From an uncultured Chloroflexia bacterium (lineage in GTDB: Bacteria > Chloroflexota > Limnocylindria > QHBO01), in contig CAWINH010000002.1 in assembly GCA_963837425.1 (NCBI GenBank), forward strand, positions 129,500 to 193,499: DNA of 64,000 nucleotides. Direction: 5' to 3'. The position numbers and the translations under genes are program-made. Positions 58,537 to 64,000 of this stretch are shown one piece after another. The notes under the pieces were generated by a model. That model saw only the letters and a program-made list of their open reading frames with translations, did not search any database and was not told the DNA's origin. Positions within the stretch are counted from its first letter, which is position 1. Each line of letters starts with the position of its first letter.

Positions 58537-60618
58537 TTGGTCGCCTGGCAGATGAACGCCATTGCACGGCGGATCGGACTGGGAATGGCCGCCCGCGGCG
58601 AGGTCGACGAGGTCGTCGCCTGGAGCGCTGCGGCGCGGGCCGCCGGCCTCGACTCGGTCTGGATCCACGATTCGTATTTCGAGCGGGACGCTGTGAGCTA
58701 CGTCGCCGCCATCGCCTCAGCCCTGGGGGCCGATGAGCGGGAGGACGGCTTTCGAATTGCGCTCGGGGCGGTGAATCCGAACACCCGACACCCGGTCGTG
58801 CTGGCGATGACCGGCTCCGCCCTCGACGAGATGGCGCCGGGCCGGATTGTGATGGGCATCGGCACCGGGCTGCCGCTGCGGCTCAAGCAGATGGGGATCC
58901 CGTACGCCCCGGACACCGCGATTGCCGGGGTGAGCCGCGCCATGGATCAGATCCGCGCGCTGTGGGCCGGCGAGCGACTGCCGTCGGCGGTCGAGGGGCT
59001 GCCGCCCATCCAGCCGATGTTCGCCCCGCCGCACCGCATCCCGCTCGTGATCGCCGCGTACCGGAAGGAGTTCGTCCAGCTCGCCGGCGAGAAGGCGGAC
59101 GGCTACCTTGCGCGCCCCGCCGAGTCGATCCCGTCCCTGGCGGGCATCGTCCGCCGCCTGCATGCCGCGGCGCAGGGAGCCGGCCGCGATCCGGGCGAGG
59201 TCGAATCTGCCGGCTACCTCCTTTCGCTCGTCGACGCGAGCCGCCGCGAGGCGCTGAACCGCGCGAAGCGCGAGCCGTTCGTGATCTACATGATCAGCGT
59301 GCTCGGGGACGTCGCCCTTGCCCGCGCCGGGTTCGAGCGCGAGCTGCGGGATCGCATCGCCGCGGCCTGGCGAGCCGAGGAGTACCACACCGCCGCCGGG
59401 CTGATCCCCGACGAGCTGCTCGACGCCTTCATGCTGTGCGGCACGACCGAGGAGGTGGCCGCCGGCGCGCTCGCCTACCACGAGCGCGCGAACCTCGATC
59501 TGCCGCTCCTGCAGCCGATCCTCCAGGAGGAGGCGCAGATCGCGGAGCTGCTCGAGGCGGCGCAGCTGTACGGGCGGCTGCCCGAGGCCGCCGCGGAGCG
59601 CTGGGGCCAGCCCGTCGAAGCGGCCGAGGGCGCGGCCGGCGAGGGCGTGGCCGCCGGGGGCGAGACGCCCGGAACGCCCACGCTGACCGGGGAGCGGCTT
59701 GGCTCGTGGGACTGGCTGCGCCGGCGCGCGGGGGCGACCTGGGAGGTCATCCGTCCCTTCTCGTTCACGGCGTCGTTGACGCCGGTGGCGGCCGGTGGCG
59801 CGCTGGCCTGGTTCGACGGTCCGATCAACGTGGGACTCTTCGTGCTGGCGCTGCTCGGCGGGGTGCTGCTGCACATCGGAACGAACGTCGCGAACGAGGT
59901 GTACGACGTCCGGAAGGGGATCGATACGATCACGTCGCCGCGCGCCAGCCACGCGGTGCTGAAGGGGCGCTTCAGCGAGCGCGGGGCGCTGCGGTTGGCG
60001 GGTGTGGCGTTCGCCGGGGCGGTCGTGGTGGGGATCGTCCTCATCGCGTTCCGCGGCGTGCCGATCGCGGTCCTCGGCCTCGTGGGCCTGGCCTTCGGCT
60101 ACTTCTACACGGCGCCCCCGTTCGAGTACAAGTTCCGGGCGCTGGGGCTCCCTCTCGTCTTCTTGCTGATGGGGCCGCTCATGACGCTCGGGGGCTACTT
60201 CGCGGCGTCGGGCGAGTGGTCCCCGGTGGCGCTCGTCCTGTCGATCCCGATCGGCTTCCTGGTCACGGCCATCCTGCACGGCAACGAGTGGCGCGACATC
60301 CGCGAGGATACCCGGGCGGGAATCGTCACGATCTCGTCGATGGTCGGGCGCGAGTGGGCCCACTATGCCTACCTGGGCCTGACCCTGGGCGCCTACATCG
60401 CGCTGGGACTGGCCGTGGCCGCCGACGTGCTGCCGGCGAGCACCCTGGTCGCCATCCTGTCACTGCCGTTCCTGGTCGTGGTGGTCCGCGCCGCGGAGCT
60501 GGGTGCCACCGGCCAGGCGCGGGCGATCGCGATGATCGACCTGCAGACCGCCCGGCTGCACGCCGCCTTTGGCGCGCTCGTGGTGCTCGGGCTGGTGATC
60601 GCCGCCCTGGCCCGATGA
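58537..60618 (+). CDS. Fusion protein: luciferase-like (LLM, F420/flavin-dependent) oxidoreductase at the N-terminus and a UbiA/MenA-type prenyltransferase at the C-terminus.
   Basis: Single 693-aa ORF. LLM TIM-barrel N-terminus (GLDSVWIHD...), then UbiA motifs NVANEVYDVRKGID and the second D-rich motif. Confidence 0.75.
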   Translation: MVAWQMNAIARRIGLGMAARGEVDEVVAWSAAARAAGLDSVWIHDSYFERDAVSYVAAIASALGADEREDGFRIALGAVNPNTRHPVVLAMTGSALDEMAPGRIVMGIGTGLPLRLKQMGIPYAPDTAIAGVSRAMDQIRALWAGERLPSAVEGLPPIQPMFAPPHRIPLVIAAYRKEFVQLAGEKADGYLARPAESIPSLAGIVRRLHAAAQGAGRDPGEVESAGYLLSLVDASRREALNRAKREPFVIYMISVLGDVALARAGFERELRDRIAAAWRAEEYHTAAGLIPDELLDAFMLCGTTEEVAAGALAYHERANLDLPLLQPILQEEAQIAELLEAAQLYGRLPEAAAERWGQPVEAAEGAAGEGVAAGGETPGTPTLTGERLGSWDWLRRRAGATWEVIRPFSFTASLTPVAAGGALAWFDGPINVGLFVLALLGGVLLHIGTNVANEVYDVRKGIDTITSPRASHAVLKGRFSERGALRLAGVAFAGAVVVGIVLIAFRGVPIAVLGLVGLAFGYFYTAPPFEYKFRALGLPLVFLLMGPLMTLGGYFAASGEWSPVALVLSIPIGFLVTAILHGNEWRDIREDTRAGIVTISSMVGREWAHYAYLGLTLGAYIALGLAVAADVLPASTLVAILSLPFLVVVVRAAELGATGQARAIAMIDLQTARLHAAFGALVVLGLVIAALAR

Positions 60619-61244
60619 GCCCGGCCCCCGGCAGACTGGCCCTGGCCGTCGGACTGGGCGCTGCCCAGGCGGCCTTCGCGCTAACGTTCCGTGGGCCACG
60701 GTCCCGGTTCTGGCAGCGGATGACGGCCACCGGCCTCGGGCTGGGAGCCTATGCGCTGATCGCCTCCCCTGAGGCGCGCCGGGTGCGGATCGGGTCGAGG
60801 GAGGTCGCGCTGGGCCTCGCATCGGCGGCGACCCTGTTCGCGACATTCCAGGTCGGCGATCGGTTCGCGCGGCGCTACGTGCCGGGGGGCGAGGCGCAGA
60901 TCCGCGAGATCTATGAGCTGCGGACGCTCCGGCCGCGGGCGGAGATCGCGGGGCGGCTGGTGACGATCATCGGTCCGGCGGAGGAGCTCTTCTGGCGGGG
61001 CCTCGTGCAGGTGACCTTCATGCGGCTCCTGGGCCGATGGCGTGGCGCGGCGGCGGGTGCCGCCGCGTACGCGGGCGTGCACGTGGTGACCGGCAACTTC
61101 ACGCTCTTCGGGGCGGCGGGAGTCGCCGGCGCCCACTGGGCGACGCTGTACGCCCTCGGCATGCCGATGGGCGCGCTGATCGTGAGCCACGCCGCGTGGG
61201 ACGCCTGGATCTTTCTCCTCCAGCCAACGCCGGGCGCCGCCTGA
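60615..61244 (+). CDS. CPBP-family (CAAX) intramembrane metalloprotease.
   Basis: EELFWRG motif, downstream H...W motifs, 4-nt overlap with the upstream gene. Confidence 0.7.
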   Translation: MSPAPGRLALAVGLGAAQAAFALTFRGPRSRFWQRMTATGLGLGAYALIASPEARRVRIGSREVALGLASAATLFATFQVGDRFARRYVPGGEAQIREIYELRTLRPRAEIAGRLVTIIGPAEELFWRGLVQVTFMRLLGRWRGAAAGAAAYAGVHVVTGNFTLFGAAGVAGAHWATLYALGMPMGALIVSHAAWDAWIFLLQPTPGAA

Positions 61245-61261
61245 GCCTCCGGGCGCGGCGC

Positions 61262-61440
61262 CCCACGTCCCGCCCAGCGGGACAAACGGCGCCTGAGGGC
61301 TGCCTCCTGCGCGAAACGTCCCGCCCGAGCGGGACAAACGACGCCTGAGCGCTGCCTCCCGCGCGAAACGTCCCGCCCAGCGGGACAAACGGCGCCTGAG
61401 GGCTGGCTCCTGCGCGAAACGTCCCGCTCAGCGGGACGAG
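61262..61440. repeat. Tandem array of three palindromic units of about 51 bp, in inverse orientation to the array at 38738.
   Basis: cccgcccagcgggacaaacggcgcctgagggctgcctcctgcgcgaaacgtc repeated three times. It is the reverse complement of the 38.7-kb unit. Confidence 0.8.
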
Positions 61441-61507
61441 GATCAGGACCAGGTGTGGACGTCCGGCGCCTCGGGGGCGGCGGCCACCGGCCCCTCCGTC
61501 CCGGCGG

Positions 61508-61919
61508 TCACGCAGCGAAGCTCCAGGATTTGCCGTCCCAGGCGGCGTGAAGCAGGTCGCCGCCGGCGCCCCGCCCGAAGACGTCGAGCCGATTCGGGCC
61601 CCACGATGTCGCGGCGGGGTCCGACGCCAGCTCCACGGGGAGCTGCTCCCACGGCTGCCATCCGGCGGGCTCGTACCAGCGGTGCCAGAGGCGCCCGTTG
61701 CGGCCACGTGCGAAGAGGTCGATCCGCTCCGCTCCCCACGAACAGGCGGCCGGGTTGCCGACCAGCTCGCCGCCGAGCGACTCCCACGGGTGCCAGGACG
61801 TCCCGTCCCAGTAGCGGTTCCACAGCTCTCCGTCGGGAAAGATGCAGAAGACCTGCATCTCGTCCACGTTCCAGGCGGTCACCGCCGGGGCCGAGGCCGG
61901 AGTGCCCCCGAGGGACTCC
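61508..61919 (-). CDS. Hypothetical protein with W-rich beta-propeller-type repeats (WxxW...LGG).
   Basis: Three repeats of about 45 aa. It forms the C-terminal part of the long ORF 61508..63340, whose upstream portion is antisense to trkA/usp. Confidence 0.4.
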
Positions 61920-61979
61920 CATCCGCTCATCTGGGCATCATCCCACACGCACTCGCGACTCCCACGGGGGCTGGGATAA

Positions 61980-63397
61980 TGCGCCGGACCATGCGGGCCA
62001 TCTTGATCGGGGCCGGCGGCATCACCCGTGCGGTGCTCGGTCGGCTGGGGGAGCGCTGGGAAGTCGTCGTCGTCGACCCGGACGCCGACCTCCTCGAGCG
62101 GGCGGGCGCCATCCGACCCATCATCCCAATGCCGGGCGACGGGTCGAGCCGCGTCGTCCTCGAGCGCGCCGGCATCGCGGATGCGGACGCCCTGGTGGCG
62201 GCGGTCCCCGACGACGAGACGGGTATCGAGGCCTGCCGGCTGGCGCGCGCCGCAGGCGTCAGTCGCATCGTGGCGGTGGCCGCCAATCCCGAGCGGCTGG
62301 CGGACTACCGTCGCGTCGGTGCGGCGGTCATCTCCGCCGACCGGCTCGCCGCGCGCCACGTCGAGATCAACCTCGAGCGACGCCGCGTGGCGTCCGCCGC
62401 CTTCGCGAACGGCCGCGCCGAGGCGGTCGAGTTCCGGATGTCTCCCGACTCCCCGTTGCGAGGCCGGCCCCTCAAGGACCTCGGCCTCCATTCGTGGCTC
62501 GTCGCAGCCGTGCTGCGGGGGGACGAGCTGATCGTTCCAAACGGCCTGACCGAGCTTCAGACCGACGACCTGGTGACGGTCGTCGGATCGGCTGATGACC
62601 TCGCCGCCATGGTTGCCACGTTCACGAGCGGCAACGCCCGCTTCCCGCTCGAGTACGGCCGGGCGGTGGCTCTCGTGGCCCCCTCGCTGCCCGTCCTGGA
62701 CAGCGTGTGGGCGGAGGCCGTCGCGTTCACCCGGGCCACCGCCGCGGAGACACTGCTCGTCGTCCACGACGGGGCCAACACCGGGGTCGCGGCGCGTGTC
62801 GAGGAGGCGAGCGGCGGCGACGACGCGGTCGAGATGCGGGCGTTGCCGGTCAATGGCTTCGACGCCCCGGCTCTCGCCGAGCTGCGGACTCGCGAAGGGA
62901 TCGGCACGCTCGTCGTCCCCAGGCCGCGGGGCAGGATCGCAGCCGTCTCGGCGCTCCGCATGGCGCGTCGCGTGGGGGCGCCGGTCCTGTTCGCGAGCGG
63001 GACGGAGCGCTACGCGGACGTCGTCACCCCCGCTCGCGACACCCCCGGCGGCTGGCTGGCCACCTGGATCGCGATCGACGTGGCCGCTGAGCTCAACCTC
63101 GAGCTCGTCGCCGTGGGGGTCATCCCGCCGCGCTTCATCGCCGGGGAGCAATGGGCGGACGAAGTGCGCTCCGCGGTGGCCCGGGTGCGCGAGGAGGCAT
63201 CGGTCCATGGCCTCCAGGTCCGCGCCCAGACCGTTCGGGGGAACCCGGTCCGCGCGTTCACCGAGCTCGGGGCCGAGCATCTCGTGGTGCTCGGCGCGGG
63301 CGATCGGCCCACCCTGCTCACGCCGGGGATCACCGGCCACGTGCTCGCCGGCTCACATTCGTCGGTCCTCGTCGTCCCGACGCCGGGGCAACCGTGA
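61980..63397 (+). CDS. TrkA-type RCK (NAD-binding) domain protein fused to two universal stress protein (Usp) domains.
   Basis: ILIGAGGITRAVLGRL (TrkA_N), a TrkA_C segment, then two UspA-like halves. Confidence 0.7.
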
Positions 63398-63417
63398 GGG
63401 GACAGCGGTGACCGGCT

Positions 63418-64000
63418 CGGACGCGGCGACCCTCATCGTCATTGCCTCGGCCGCGTTCGTGCTCCCCCTGCTCGCGGGCCGCATCGGCGTTCCCGCGGTC
63501 ATCCTCGAGATCCTGTTCGGCATCCTGGCCGGGCCGATGCTCGGGCTCGTCAGCGAGGGCGACCTCCTGAACGCGCTCGCCGAGCTGGGCTTCCTGCTCC
63601 TCCTCTTCCTGTCCGGATTCGAGATCGACCTGCGCGTCTTCGAGCGGCAGGGAGCGCGGCCGGTCCTCGGCGGGCTCCTCGTCTTCGCCGCCACCCTCGG
63701 CCTCTCGTTGCTCGCATCGGGGCTTCTCGGGCTCCACCTGTTCGTGGCGCTCGTCCTGTCGACGACCTCGGTCGGCCTCGTGGTGCCGACGCTGCGCGCG
63801 ACGCGGCTGATCGCCACCCCGCTCGGCCAGGACACCCTCGTCAACGCCCTCCTCGCCGACTTCCTCACCCTGCTGGGCGTCACCGTCGTGGCCCTCGTCC
63901 TCCAGTTCGGCTGGTCGCTGCGGCTCCTGGCGCTCCCCGAGTTCTTCGTGGCGGTCGCGGTCGTGCTGCTCATCGTGCGGCGCGCGGCGTGGTGGATGCC
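63418..64000 (+). CDS. Cation:proton antiporter (Kef/CPA2-like). N-terminal part only, as it runs off the window.
   Basis: GTG start, then polytopic TM helices (ILEILFGILAGP...) typical of CPA/Kef. It lies directly downstream of the TrkA/RCK gene. Confidence 0.65.

Overview
This is a 64-kb, high-GC (about 70%) bacterial chromosome segment. Gene content suggests Actinobacteria (F420-type LLM oxidoreductase, LCP protein, SipW/TasA-like operon, many VapBC modules). I could not recognise any rRNA, tRNA or CRISPR by eye. The first 13 kb is an accessory, defence-type region. It begins with a Vsr-Dcm-(candidate REase) restriction-modification block. That block is transcribed divergently from a three-ORF operon led by a GHKL/MORC-like ATPase. 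A truncated UvrD-like helicase fragment follows. Then comes a toxin-antitoxin cluster (DUF433/DUF5615, two VapBC pairs, a nucleotidyltransferase). The remaining 50 kb is mostly housekeeping and accessory genes: two ABC-2 exporter pairs (one of them PadR-linked), AzlCD, three class III adenylate cyclases plus an MFS::cNMP-binding fusion, a NarL/NarX-type two-component system, a fused ECF sigma/anti-sigma, an LLM::UbiA fusion, and TrkA-Usp next to a Kef-type antiporter. Two families of MITE-like dispersed repeats (five or more loci each) are interspersed. So are two inverted arrays of a 51-bp palindromic tandem repeat and a pair of about 330-bp near-identical direct repeats bracketing a 6.3-kb segment that carries an IS1595 remnant. 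At least eight genes carry single-base frameshifts at G/C homopolymer runs. One also carries an in-frame TAG. This indicates either systematic sequencing errors or real gene decay. The most interesting candidate is the R-M-linked GHKL-ATPase operon at 2.8-6.6 kb, whose composition matches no defence system I can name.
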